Shown in pieces: positions 1 to 12,592 of a stretch of 64,000 bases of DNA. The DNA is from Narcine bancroftii. Taxonomy: Eukaryota. The stretch is taken from contig NC_091480.1 in NCBI RefSeq assembly GCF_036971445.1, positions 25,358,001-25,422,000 on the forward strand, in the 5' to 3' direction. The position numbers were made by a program, and so were the translations under genes. A model generated the notes under the pieces. The model saw only the letters and a program-made list of their open reading frames with translations. It was not told the DNA's origin and did not search any database. Positions within the stretch are counted from its first letter, which is position 1. Every line of letters begins with the position of its first letter.

Positions 1-279
1 CTGCGTGATCTGCAGAGTTTCCCCAGGACATGTGTGTATTGCCCTGTGTCTAATTTGCTTCTGTTTAACACTTGAAAATATTCTACAAAATACAGAAAGA
101 AAAATGTTAACAGATACAAGCAAACAGGAAACAAACAAAGTTCTCAAGCTTGAATTTTAATATGGGTTGAGTTTGCATAATTTGAGCCAGAATGCTTCAT
201 TTCAATGGACTCTTATGACCTCAAAATTAAAGAAATCTGTAAAGTACTATAGGTGATCAGAGAATACAACAAATAGCAG

Positions 280-1600
280 GAGTAGACCATCTGGCCCATT
301 GAGCCTGCTCTGCTACTCAATAAGATCATTGCTGATGTGGCCATGGATACATTCCACATACCTTCCTGTTCCCCATAGTCTTTAATTCCCCTTCAAAAAT
401 CCATCTGCCTCAAATAACAATGGAGCAGCCTCGAATGCTTTAATCAGCAGAAAATTCCACAGACTCATTATTTTTCTGGGAAAAGGCCTTCCTCGTGACC
501 TTAAATCGACTCCCCTGAATTTTGAGGCTATTAGCACTAGTCTCACCTACCAGTGGAAACAACTTTCCAGCTTCTATCTATTCCTTTAATAATTTTGTGT
601 TTCTGCAAAATCTCCATCATCCTTCGGAACTCCAATGAGTATAGCTCGAGGCTACTCGACCTCCTCCTCGAGAGGAAACTGCTTCATTTCGGAAATTGTT
701 CTAGTGACCCTTCTTTGTACTGCCTCCAATCAATACGTTCATTCCTCAGTATGGAGACGAGAAATGTACTCCGTGCTCAAGGTGCTGCTTTACCCCGTGA
801 CGACTCCAAAATCCAATCCCTCTAGCAATGAAGGGCAACATCCCTTTGCCTTCTTGATCACTTGTTACACCTACATACTAATTTTCTGTGATTCATGGAG
901 AAGCACTCCTAGACCTTCCTGCCCAACTTCATGCTGCAATCTTTCACTTGTTAAATAAATGTCCAATATTCTAACTTTTCTTCCATAGTGGATGATCTCA
1001 CATTTACCGATGTTACATTCCTTTGCTCATTCACTCAACCTATTTATACTTCCCTGCAGGCTCTATGTATCCTCTACACAATTTATTGTCATCCACAAAT
1101 TTGGATACACCACACCTGGTGCCATTATTCAAATCAGTGATGTTCATCAGCCATTACAGTCCCCCTTGGACTCTGTTCTAAGTTTATGGGCCCCCTTCCC
1201 TGTGAAGCAGTCAAGTTTTGGTTTCTTCCGCACTTCTTTCCTACCAACTACATTTAAAAAAAACAAAAAATTTATGTTACACAAGGTGAAAAGGAAACAA
1301 GGCTTTTTCTTAAATGTGCTGTGGCCCCAGGGGACTGTCGGGCCCCTGTTAAAAATGGTTATGTACATCATGAACACTTGCTGATTCCTGCAGTGCCCCA
1401 CTCATCAACTAAAAAAAACATCAATTGATCCCAACTCTCTACCTTCTATTGGTTCTCCAATCATCTGTTCATACTAATACATTCCCCCCCCCCCCACTCC
1501 CAACTTGAAGCATCCTAATTTTGTTCAGAAATCTCTTGGACTGCACTTTATAAAAAGCCTTCTAGAAATCCAAGTACACAACATCCACCGCCCACTCTGT
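280..1600 (-). mobile_element. Degenerate CR1-type LINE 3' portion, interrupted by a hAT MITE at 1148-1360
   Basis: Begins with a typical fish CR1 3' tail (ggagtagaccatctggcccattgagcctgctctgc) and continues into antisense RT-like sequence (gccttctagaaatccaagtacacaacatccac). Boundaries approximate. Confidence 0.6.
1148..1360 (-). mobile_element. hAT-type MITE, copy 1
   Basis: Starts cagccatt and ends aaaatggtt. Flanked by a near-perfect 8-bp TSD atgttcat/atgtacat. Internal aagtttatgggcccccttccctg is the reverse complement of the motif in the copies at about 16785 and 26850. Confidence 0.65.
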
Positions 1601-2233
1601 ATGCACTTGCTTTTAATTTGAGGCCTTTTAGGTCTTCACTTAATCATGGTGGGATTTTTCTACCCTAATGTCCTTATATTTTTTATACATGGGATATATG
1701 TCTGTTGTGCATTGGAACTTTTCTTTTGAAAGTTTATCTCAAGACTGACACATCTTCAGAAGGCAGACAAGAAAAAAAAAGTATCAAATGAAGGGCTATT
1801 TCATCCAGCATTCTAATTCTTTGTATGGTAGTTGGTCTATTATTGTTGATTAAAATTGGTCGTGGAATCTCAAATAACTGTCAAGACCAAGATCCATGAA
1901 GATTTTATTTTACAAGACATTGGATCCCAATTGAAATAAATTATAATTTTATTGCTTGGGGTTCTCTTTCTATTTACAATTGCTAATAGGCCTTGTCTGC
2001 CAGAGTAGATCTTTCCAATAGATAAATTATGGAAGTATACGGATTGTAACAAATAATGATGACTACTTACCAATTCAAGTGATAATAATATTCCAGATTT
2101 GCCCTCCATGGTGTGTGTGCTTGTTTTTATTACAATAACAGTGATTTCATTTACAGGTATTACGAAGTAATCTTCAGAACCCTTAATCCATGCGCTGTCT
2201 GTTTCACAACAAATTTGCACTGTTCAGATACTT

Positions 2234-2266
2234 CTAGCTGATCAATATTTGTACCAATTCCTCTGC
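2234..2266 (-). CDS. Putative last coding exon of an uncharacterised gene (AEELVQILIS*)
   Basis: Acceptor ggatttttatctag| then GCA GAG GAA TTG GTA CAA ATA TTG ATC AGC TAG. Phase 0 matches the donor at 9802. Several minus-strand AATAAA follow at about 1.9-2.1 kb. Confidence 0.4.
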   Translation of the reverse strand, partial: AEELVQILIS

Positions 2267-3199
2267 CTAGATAAAAATCCATTTTTAAAAATGTGCATTT
2301 CAACAATTGCTATAGTTCAGAAAAAGGCAGAGAACTAGAATATTTCTGTCAGCAGAAATGAGAATTAAAAGAGATGAAACATGAAAAGACACAACATGTA
2401 ACATGGCAAACAGACCCAGCAGGGGAATATTTACGATTATCACAACATTCACTATCTATCATTGCAATTTAAAAGTACTTATATCAACACATAATAAACA
2501 AGTTGTCAAGATATTTCTGATAGGTTTCAACCAGACATCCAAAATATTTTGATGTTTTTAATGTATACCTTTTATTCATTACTGCAAACTTGTAGGTTGT
2601 GCCAAAAACCCATTAGGGGACATTAATTGTGAATTATCTATTTTTTTTTTAAGTGAACCACGATATTCTCAAATACTATACCTCAATATATTTACAAGTT
2701 GCAGCATAACATGCAAGCTGATCTTGTTATAAAATTGAAAAAAAAATTTCCCAATAGACTTTGCAAAGCCAAATTCAGCATCCAATGCCAAAAATATTTA
2801 TTTTGCAGAAAGCAGAATGATCCAGCGTTGTAAGTGACCATTATTTTCTCACTTTCACACCGGAACCTAGCAACATATAAATCAAGTGACAGGAGAATGC
2901 CAGGATAAACATTTTAAGCTACTCAGAGTTCTGATAAGAGGAATTCAGTATTTATTTTCCATTGTAGATAAGTTTGCCCAATTAGTTATATTGACATCAT
3001 AGAATGATACCGCACCGAGGAGGGCATTCAGACATTGGTGCTCATACCAGCTCTTCGAAAGAGCCATCCAACTACTCTGATTTTTTCCATTGTCCTGAGC
3101 ATATTTATAACATTGGCGACTAGTGTAATGACAAACATGAGCGTCAGACATACCTTTCCACACAAAAATGGCCGTAGACCTTGATGTGCTTATGCTACT

Positions 3200-4408
3200 C
3201 AAGTAGAAAGATGTGGAGGAGAGAGAGACCACATGGGCCCGTGTTCTGGTCTAATGTCCTCAACAATTTTGAGGAAGGTGAGTAGTGGAGTCATTTTCGT
3301 ATGTCTGAGGCCACATTTGACTTTGTATCGGAACTGGTTGGATCACAACTGAGCCAGACGACGACAAACTGGTGATAGCCTCTGCAACTTCGGCTCAGAC
3401 TTGCCGTTGCTGTGTGGTGGTGTGCTACCCCTTGTGAATATCAATCCACAAGTTACATTTTTGGTGTCGGTGAGGCCACTGTGTGTGTTGGAATGCCAAG
3501 TTACTGAAGCATTGAAGAAGGTCCTATTTAAATGGGTTTTTTTTGACATGCCGAGTGGGGCACATCTTCAGGAGGCAATTGACGGATTTGCAGAATGGGG
3601 GGATCTAATGTGTGCTGGTGCAATTGATGGCACACATATTACCATCAGACCTCCCCATAAGGTCGCACTAGCCTACTACAATCAGGAAGGGTGGCACTTC
3701 ATTGTGCTTCAAGCTGTTGTGGATTACAGTCAATGGTAAGGATCATGGCCTGAGTTACAATTATTTGCCTTTATCAATTAATGTGTTTCATGTGTTGATC
3801 TGAACATAGACATTTTGTTGTTCCAGCTTCACAGATGTGTATGGTGGTTGGCCTAGTTGCACTCTTAATTCTCGAGCTTTAGCCAACTTGCCTATCTAGA
3901 GTAAAGCCAAAGATCAAGGCAGGTACCTCTTCCTATGTGAAGCAAGTTTATATACCCATCCGTACAGTTATGTATGTGTGGACCAATCAATTTTTTTTGG
4001 CATATGTAACCATAGAGGATACATTGAAAAATATTTTTGTTATACTGTTGGCTAACTCAACTTCAAATAAAACTTATTAAAAGTCCTGTTATTGTAAAAC
4101 AGCCACTAGAAAGGAATAGTGAACTGATTTTTTTTGCGATTTCAGAGGTTGCATAAAGTACTTATAAATCTACATTGCTCTGCTCTGCTCACAGAAATCC
4201 AAAACAGTCAATGGAGTGGAAATCCCCATGCATCTAATCAGAGACCCAGCTTATCCCCTCAGGAAGTGGTTGATGAAGGGGTTCACTAACCACCATGCAC
4301 TCGGGCAACATCAGCAAAGCTTTAACTTCTGTTTGAGCTCAGCAAGGATGGTGGTAGAAAATGCTTTTGGACATCTCAGAAGGGCGCTGGAGGTGCCTGG
4401 CCAAGGAA
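3200..4408 (+). pseudogene. PIF/Harbinger (HARBI1-like) DDE transposase relic with two introns
   Basis: Motifs FRMSEATFDF, GAIDGTH, YYN.EGWHFIVLQAVVD, CFTDVYGGWP, DPAYPL..WLMK, LSSARMVVENAFG and (frameshifted) GRWRCL. Introns 3736-3826 (gtaagg...ttccag) and 3942-4194 (gcaagt...tcacag) restore the frame. In-frame stops and frameshifts are present. Confidence 0.85.
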
Positions 4409-4659
4409 TGGAATACATGGATGTTGAGTCCAGGAAAGTAATTTACAAAAACCAGGCCAATGCAGGCTGCATCACTCGAAATGCTGTGCAACTTTGTGCT
4501 CAAGGCATGGGACAAAGTTAGACACTAAGATAACAATCATTTAAAAGAAGCAATATCTCTTGTGCAATTGATGGCATGGAAGAGGATTTATTGTGGGACA
4601 CTGATTAAAAAAACTGAAACCACCTCATCACATACACTCTCCCTTTCCTCAATCTCTCT

Positions 4660-5244
4660 ATCTCCATCTCAGGAAACAACTCTTGACAGACATCTTCTAC
4701 AAACCCCGACAGCTACCTCATCTGTACCTCTACCCACCCTGTCCCCTTTAAGGATTCCACTCCATTCTCTCAATTTCTTCATCTCATCTGTACCCAGGAT
4801 GATGTTTTCCTTGTTCAAACAACTCGACTTTCCCTTTACCACCATCAACTCAGCACTCACCTGCACATCTACCCTGATCCCCTGCCCCCACATGCAACAA
4901 GGACAGGATTCCTCGTCCTCATCTGCAATCCCACCATACACCACATCCTACGCATCCTTCTCCACCATCTTCCATGTGATCCCACCACTAGACAAATATT
5001 CCTCCTCCACCATCTTCCATGTGATCCCACCACTAGACAAATATTCCCCTCTCCTCCCCTCTGCTTTCCACAGGGACCACTCCCTCTTGTCCACTCCTCC
5101 CTGCCCACCAATTGTCCCCTGGGGACCTACTGTGTCTGCAGGAGATGCTCCACTTGCACCACATCTCCTCCTTCACCACCATTCAGAGGTCCAAATAGTC
5201 CTACTGCATTCGGTGCTCCCATTGTGGTTTCCTCAACATTGGAA
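4660..5244 (+). mobile_element. Penelope-like element remnant, 5' part
   Basis: Decayed PLE sequence (ctgctttccacagggaccactccctc; tgcattcggtgctccc...cctcaacattgga, start of the GIY-YIG 'CIRCS...IG'). Contains a 45-bp tandem duplication at about 4958-5047. Confidence 0.6.
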
Positions 5245-5382
5245 GAACTAACATCCCTTTTAATCCTTTTGTTTGGGACTAAAGGGTCGTTGTTGACATT
5301 AACAAAGGAACAGCAATGGAAAGCTCACAATAATAGTTTTTATTAAGCTATCAATAACATAACATTTCTTACTTATTTCTAA

Positions 5383-5387
<5 letters not shown>

Positions 5388-5423
<36 letters not shown>
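5388..5423. repeat. (GT)n microsatellite
   Basis: Seen directly. Confidence 0.95.
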
Positions 5424-5424
<1 letters not shown>

Positions 5425-5536
5425 CTCACTTCAGAAATAATTATAAGGCACTTTTAGACATCAGTCCTCAAGATGAGATGTCTTGAGAAATATTCTTTAA
5501 TTAGAAGTAACCATCTTTTGAGTCACCAATGTACCT

Positions 5537-5739
5537 CTCGTGAAAAAGGAGAATACAATTACCGTCTTCTCCCGTGAAAAAGGAGAATACAATTACCGTC
5601 TTCTCCCGTGAAAAAGGAGAATACAATTACCGTCTTCTCCCGTGAAAAAGGAGAATACAATTACCGTCTTCTCCCGTGAAAAAGGAGAATACAATTACCG
5701 TCTTCTCCCGTGAAAAAGGAGAATACAATTACCGTCTTC
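5537..5739. repeat. 34-bp minisatellite, 6 near-identical copies
   Basis: Unit ctcccgtgaaaaaggagaatacaattaccgtctt, with register positions 5540, 5574, 5608, 5642, 5676 and 5710. No spacers. Confidence 0.95.
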
Positions 5740-6583
5740 CCAGGATCAAATCTTTTTTTACTGAAGATTTTGGTTTCCGTTTTCTACATGAAGAATCTGC
5801 CCTCTTTCAAAGAGACAGCGTATATGGCTATTTTCTTCCACGATGAATTCACAAGACAAGGGTTAAACAAAGTGGCCTAACGAAAAAAAAAGACCCAGTA
5901 GAATTTTGTCCTCTTTTCCAAAGAGGCAGTGAAGTGGTCCTCATTTCAAAAGCCTCTTATTCCGTGTTCCCTATTTCCCAGGAGTAACAAACAGCACCTA
6001 TTCTGGTTACTGTAATTCAATCTAGTCTTTCACAAGGTTTTGATTTCTGTACTCTCCAAACTGAACTGATCCAAAAATATCTGAATTCAATAATATATTT
6101 CTCCAAATCATGTGACAGTTACATCGTCAATGAAATAAGTCCAAATTCTTGGAAGAAACCACAATACTATCAATTTTATTTCTATCAAAATTCTGTTTCT
6201 TTTCCAAAACCACTCAATATCTATAACAACTTCTGACATCATCTGTTCAAGAGGCTTAAGTGGTTTTGTTCAAAAACAGAGGGCTTCCTCAGCAGTTCTT
6301 ATTTGAGTACTTAGATATTTCATTTTTAATAAAGCAAACACTCCATTGTTCTTGAACAATTAAGAATCTCTTTAGATCCATTAGCTCTGTCTTTCCAAGA
6401 TGCTGCGACTCCAAGAAAGAACTCTTAGGAGTACAATGGGTTTTCTGTAAATGTGCTGTGACCCGTGTGTGACCCAGTTGGTTAGTTGTGCACCAGCCTA
6501 CAACTAACTAAGAATACATATACAATATTTTAACTCATTAATTACTTTAATCTAAATATTACTAATAACATATATCACTAACA

Positions 6584-7150
6584 GGAGAGACTGTATGTAG
6601 ACTGGGAGTTCACTTTGTTGAGTAACTTGGCTCTGACCACTGCCATAGCGTGGATCTCCCAATGGCCACCCATTTCAATTCTCCATCCCATTCTCGTGCT
6701 GACATTTCTGTCCGTGCTCTTATGCACCGCCAGACTGAAACCACTTGCAAATTGGAAAAACACCTCATCTTCCAACTGGATGGTATTAATATCAACTTCT
6801 GACTTTCATTAACTCCTCCCACCCTTTCGCCCACCCCCCTTCTTCCCCAAGCTCTGTCTCTTCATTCCATCTCCTTTCACACGAACATGATAAATTCTTA
6901 CCTTGTCCCAAATCATATCCAATTAATACCTTTTTTTTTTGGTCAGGATTCCTCCTCCAACCAGCATTGTCTGAATTCTAAGATTTTTCTCCTTCTGGTT
7001 TATTCTGCTTATTCCTTGAAGAAGGGCTCAGGACCAAAATGTCGACAGATATCTGTCTCCAATTGCTATAGGAGCTGAAAAGACACGCTGGGTTCCTCCA
7101 GCATTTCAGTGTGTCTTTACTACAATCACAGCATCTGCAGACTTTCCTGT
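6584..7150 (+). mobile_element. Penelope-like element remnant, 3' part (GIY-YIG end and tail)
   Basis: ggagagactgtatgtagactggg...ggatctcccaatggccacccatttcaattc matches the copy at about 62135-62230. Confidence 0.6.
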
Positions 7151-7556
7151 TTCGCTACATATTAGACCAATCCAGGGAAGTATGCAGGAAGGTTGAAGAA
7201 ATTGAAAAGCTCTTGGCAAGATTAATTCCTTCACATGGATATAATACCAGCATCAGTGTTCTATGTGAAATAATGATCCAATTGCTGGTAAATTCTTCTT
7301 TAAAAGGGACAGGAAAACTGCAACTGAAGATCACTTGACCAGTAATACAGGATCAGAGGAATGATGTTGGTCTTCATTCACTTTGGGGGGCAAAAAAAAT
7401 CCAGCCTTTGCCTTTGTAATGTTGGAAACTGGATTCAAGGTAAAATCGTGTACGTTAAAATGGAAACAGCTGAGAAGATAATAAAGAAATGCCCATTTTG
7501 AATTACTGGTGTTTAAACTGTTTCTAATAGATATGTGAGTGTTATAGCACAAAACA

Positions 7557-7765
7557 CACAGCTCGGCGGGCAGCAACCTCCTTTGAAGAAGCCCACCTCA
7601 CTGACAAAAGACAAAGGAGGAAAAACCCAACACCCAACCAATTTTCCCCTGCAACCGTGCCTGCCTGTCCCGCATCGGACTTGTCAGTCACCAACAAGCC
7701 TGCAGCTGACGTGGACTTTTACCCCCTCCATAAATCTTCGTCCGCGAAGCCAAGCCGAAGAAAAG
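7557..7765 (+). mobile_element. 5'-truncated RTE-BovB LINE
   Basis: Same 3' end as the 33-34 kb copies (cttcgtccgcgaagccaagcc gaagaa). Perfect 11-bp TSD agcacaaaaca at 7546-7556 and 7766-7776. Confidence 0.85.
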
Positions 7766-8009
7766 AGCACAAAACATCATATCTCTACCAGAACCTGTAT
7801 AAGAATCAATTAGGAACAACAATGTGATCAGCAAAAATCTGGTGACTCAGAAGGGAAAACATGTCTTTCTATCTGATGCATTATTTGCATTTTCGTACAA
7901 ATTTAGAGCAGAAACAACATTCTGTCGTTGAAATTAAAACAGCAATTTTAGAGTTCATCAAACACACAATGAAACTTTACTTCTTCAAAAGGACACACAG
8001 AAGAAGACC

Positions 8010-9472
8010 CAAACAGTGCCTACCAGAATCCCTGAAAAGGATGAGGGCTGTGATATCGGTCTCTGAGGGCTACATCAGAACATCGTAAGGCATCAGCCCT
8101 GGACAGGGAACTGGAAACCTGCACCAACAAACCAGCCGGATTGCAGCAGTCGGATTCCTACCAGCTTCAAAAAGGGGATCAATCATCCTGGTGCCCAAGA
8201 AGGGTAGTGTGAGCTGCCTCAACTACGACTGCCCAGGAGCACTAACTTCTACTGTGATGAAATGCTTTCAGAGCCTGGTCATGGCCAGAATTAATACGTA
8301 CCAAAGTAAAGATCTGGACCCACAGCAATTCACCTATTGTCACAATCGCTCCATTGCATATGCAATATCGCTGGCCCTCCACTCAACTCTGGATCACCTC
8401 GAGAAAAAGCAATTCATACATATGGCTGCACTTCATAGACTACAGCTCAGCCTCCAATACCATTATTCCCTCAGAGCTGGTCAAGAAGTTACAAACTAAA
8501 GGCCTTTGTACCCCACTCTGCAACTGGATCCTTGGATCAGAAAGCTACAGTCAGTACAAATTGGAAACAATGCCTCCGCCTCACTGATTATCAACACACT
8601 TAGCCCACTGCTCTACACATTGATACACCCATGACTGTGTGGCCAGGCACAATTCCCATGACACCACAGTTGTCGGCAGAATCACAAACCGCAATGAGGA
8701 AGCGTATTGGAGGGATATAGATAAGGTCGTTGAATGGTTTAACAACAACCTTGCACTCAACATCAGCAAAACCAAGATGATTGTGGACTTCAGGAGGAAA
8801 TCAGGGGAACACGACCCAGTCCTCATCAAGGAGCTCAATAGTGGAGAGGGTCAAGAACTTTAAATTCCTGGGTGTCAACATCTGAGGATCTATCCTGGAG
8901 CCTCCACATTGATACAATCACAAAGAAGGCTCACCAGCGGCTTTACTTCGTGAGGTGTCTGAGAAGATTCGGTACATCACTGAAGACTCTTGTAAACTTA
9001 TTCAGGTGTACCTTGGAGAGCATTCTGGTTGGTTGTGTCATTGCCTGATATGTAGGCACCAACTCTCAGGACAAGAATAAACTCCAGAGGGTTGTTAACT
9101 TGGCCTGCGACATCACAGGAACTAGACTTCACTCCATTGAGGACATCTACATGAAGCAACGTCTTTTAAAAAAAAAGCGGCCTCTATTCTCAAAGACCCT
9201 ACCACCCAGACCACACCCTCTTCACTCTGCTACTATCAGGAAAAAGGTACGGGAGTCTAAAGATGAGCACTTAATGGCACAAGGACAGATTCTTCCCTGC
9301 TGCCATCAAATTCCTAAATAATCAATGAACCAAAGACACTGCCTTACTTTTTGTGCACTATTTTTTTTGAAAAGTAATGTTGCAAGATAGTTGTAATATG
9401 AATGTTTGCAATACGATGCTGTCACAAAGCACCGAATTTCATGACTCGTTCATGACAACAAATTCTAATTCT
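8010..9472 (+). mobile_element. Rex1/Babar-type LINE, degenerate RT and 3' UTR
   Basis: Peptides PKKGSVSCLN..ALTSTVMKCF, LDPQQF, DTTVVGRIT and LALNISKTK.IVDFR. The tail ends in attctaattctga. Confidence 0.8.
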
Positions 9473-9801
9473 GAGAAGAGAGCAGAGGCCTGATCAGAAT
9501 TTACCTGTATATATTTTCTAAAACATCAGTTCTGATACACAACACTAACAAACACACTCTCTTTCTAGGGCTGAAATCACCTCATGTGCCTTCTCATCAG
9601 CTTGATTGTTGATGACAATCAATTGAGTTTGTGTGCATAAACTTTGTGTGGACCAAAAAGCTCACACAAGATCAAATCTTAGCTAGAAATTGGCTTCACC
9701 TGTTGGTTCAGGTACACTACTAATGATATGGTAGAAGCTGGACAAAACAAGAAAACAGAGTAATGAAGTGGAAAGCAATGCTTTAGAGATAAAAATCTAA
9801 C

Positions 9802-10011
9802 CTCATCACCCAAAATACATTTGATTGGATCTCTTGCAAAGGAATGAAAATAGAACCAAGGGCAAACATCAAATTTCATCATATGGAGGACAGATGCACT
9901 GAGAAAATTGGGTGACAAGGAGGCCAGATTTTTATCTCTTAAGCCACTTCTTTCAACTTCATTGCCGCTTTGTTCAGAATTTAACTCTTCATTAGCAGGA
10001 ACCAAACCAAT
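9802..10011 (-). CDS. Putative internal coding exon of the uncharacterised gene (IGLVPANEE...FDVCPWFYFHSFARDPIKCILGDE)
   Basis: Acceptor tagtttcctgtag|, donor GAG|gttaga. 210 nt, open, phase 0/0, and lies in non-repeat sequence between TEs. Confidence 0.55.
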
Positions 10012-10229
10012 CTACAGGAAACTAATTGTAAATTAAGATTTGAATTTTGAAAATCAGTCTTATTTGTCCAAACAAGCTGATACACAATGGCATTCTGAAG
10101 AGAACAGAAGAAAAAAAAACTTTTTTGGTTATCCATGTTACACTGGCCACAAAAGGCCAACTGTATAGCTGCCCTGATGCATTGAACTGGCTCACAGAAT
10201 CAAAGCAAGCCAACATCATTAACAGTTAA

Positions 10230-10625
10230 ACAAGAAATCTACAGATGCCGGGGTCCAGTGCAATACAAACTCAGCAGGTCATCCAGCTGGAAAGCAAAAA
10301 GCAGATCATGTTTTGCACCTGATCCCTTCTTCAGAAGGGCCCAAAATCAGACAGATGCCTGAACAAGGTGGTTGGGGAGGGTGAAGCACAGTCTAACAAG
10401 TGATATTTGAGAAGGGAAGGGGCTGAGAAGCAGAAGGAAGGGAGACAAGGATGAGGACAAGACGGAGGGAGGCAGTTACCATAAACTGGAGAAGGTGATA
10501 TTGATGATGCCTGGTTGGATATTGCAGAGATGGAATACGTGGCATTGTTCCTCCAATTTACGAGTGAGTGACCTCATCTTGTGGCACAAGGCCATGGACA
10601 GACATCTCAGTGTGGCAATGGGGTG
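10230..10625 (-). mobile_element. Penelope-like 3' remnant
   Basis: Reverse complement of the PLE end seen at 6650-7150 and 62200-62720. Confidence 0.5.
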
Positions 10626-10959
10626 TGGAATTGAAGTCGTTGTTCAATTCCCATTTTTGACAGCAGTTCTTTTGACACCATCTACTGGCAAACTGATGAG
10701 TTGCAAGAGCCAATGAAGCAGGCAATGAAAAACCAACATTTCTTTGACCACACACAAAAGGAACAAAATACAAGAATAAAAATAGTTCCATTAAAGCAAC
10801 ACAATCCAACCTTGTGGAACATTATGATTTACAATTTTACATATATCTCTTATTCCTGTCCAGGAAGAATTCCCATAAATCAAAATAAGTCCCAGCGTCA
10901 TCATCTGCAATCCAATAATAGTAGTTTCATTTAAAGCTAAAATAACAACAAAAAAATAA

Positions 10960-12497
10960 TAAATAATAAATTCCCCCCCCCTCCCGCCCCCTGCAAAATG
11001 CCAGAAAAGCTGGCATTACCACCCTCCATTATGCAGGATATGGTCAACCACGAAAACACACACAGATGTCAGAGAGCAACATATCCAACCTCCGAGTCCC
11101 GGGGTGGGGGGAGGAATTTTCTTGTCATCAAAATATTAAGACTAACAAAGAAAAGGAGAGATTCCTCCCCCATTAATCAACAAGTCATTTCAACGATTCT
11201 CTGAATGCTGAGCCTTGGGTAAATCTTTAACATAATCTTCAGCTTGAATATAACTGGTGAAGAAAAACACTGTTGATCTGGAATGAATACTTTCAACGAA
11301 GCACAAGTTTATAACATATTGTATAGAGCCTTTTTAACTGGGTTAAATTCTTTCCTTTCCTTCAAAAGAGCTCGACTCAAATCCAGATAAAAGAGATCTT
11401 ATTGCCTTCATAATTCAAAGGTCCATGTTCTCTAGCTCTTTGCATTGCCAATCCAAGTATCTTCTCCTATCTTGATAGTTAAGAAATCTGATCAACATAG
11501 ACTGAGATCTCGGATTATGTCCCAGCTTTGGTCAAAGAGCCCAAAATGCTCTTCCAATCAAAAATGTCTTCAATATTGTCTTGCCCAACCATTTCAGGTA
11601 TCCAATTCTGAAAAAACATCCTGACCTTCTTTACCTTTGGACAACCCTATAATTTTAAGGTTATTTCTTCTACTATAATTCTCCAAGATGTCAACTTTCT
11701 CTAGTAACTTTTCATTCATAGAGACCAAACCAGTAACAGAATCTTTATTGACATTCGCTCTTTCTGCAATATGCTGGACCTCTTCACTATCATCTTCCAT
11801 TCTATCTTCAAACTTATCGACCCTTCATGAAACATTATTTAATGATTTAGTCAAATCCATTTTAACTTGTAATTCCCAAGTTAGAAATTTGAAATTATTT
11901 TCCATTGCACATGTATGTTTGTCAATTTTATTTTCAATTTTATTCATTTTTTTCTTAAAGAACAGCCTTGCCTTTAAATTCTTCCTCTTCCATACTCACA
12001 TATTTTTCTTCAGTTGTAGAATTGTTAGAATTCTCTTCTATATCTGGAAAATCACCTTCTTGTTCCACAGCTAAGATGCTGGACTGGCCTTTTAAAAGGG
12101 CTGGAGTTTTTTTTGCTTGTTTTTTGGTATCCACAGCATGTATGCGTGGGGAGTCACGCACGCGCAGTGTAGATCCAGTTTCTGAAACAGCGCCATCTTT
12201 GCAAGAAATGCAGAGGTGGCTCTGTGGGATGGTTCTTCGCCAGGGCTGTCTCCAGCGGACCCAGGAGCTACTTCAGCGGCTGGCTTCATTGACAAAGTAG
12301 GCCCAAGTTCTTTTCCCTTTCTTCATTTGCGTTTTTCTTTCGGTGTGATATTCAAGTATCTTTTTGCACGGTGGCATTGTTTTATTGTCAAAAGTAGCTT
12401 TAACTTTAAAGTAGCTTTGATGACAAACTTTAATTAGCAAGTTTTTTGGGAATTCCTCTGGGAGACGCGAGGGTGTGCTGCGTCCACTACACCATCA
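10960..12497 (-). mobile_element. L1-clade LINE 5' UTR and degenerate ORF1
   Basis: Peptide EKVDILENYSRRNNLKIIGLSKGKEG is the L1 ORF1 signature, preceded by a coiled-coil-like segment. Confidence 0.75.
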
Positions 12498-12592
12498 TGT
12501 GACCTCCCCCCCTCCCTCCCCCCATGTACTGTATTTGTAATTAAAATAAAAAACCTGGGGAAAGAAATTGGCAGATCCAGCAGTATCAAGCG

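Larger units (their letters stand above)
5245..6583 (-). mobile_element. Probable solo LTR (about 1.3 kb) inserted in the Penelope element
   Basis: The Penelope 'IG|ET' coding sequence is split exactly here. The minus strand starts TGTTAGTG and has AATAAA about 95 bp from its end. Flanks are ggaa/ggag. The canonical terminal CA is missing. Confidence 0.45.

Noticed and set aside
1870-2220. 116-aa minus ORF as a gene
   Set aside because: GTG start, blocked by stops from the nearby acceptor, no recognisable motif. More likely 3' UTR of the candidate gene.
4562-5251. 229-aa Pro/Ser-rich ORF
   Set aside because: Off-frame reading of a pyrimidine-rich Penelope remnant with an internal tandem duplication.
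5537-5739. 34-bp direct repeats of CRISPR-like length
   Set aside because: Units are head-to-tail with no spacers, there are no cas genes, and the context is eukaryotic.
7331-7470. Strong minus-strand acceptor (ttctttattatcttctcag) with an open frame
   Set aside because: The open frame needs phase 2, the phase-0 reading stops after 4 codons, and there is no good donor. It does not fit the candidate gene model, though RNA data could revive it.
10840-10935. Peptide-like NYYYWIADDDAGTYFDLWEFFLDRNKRY on minus
   Set aside because: An in-frame stop lies between the acceptor and the peptide, and the donor is weak.
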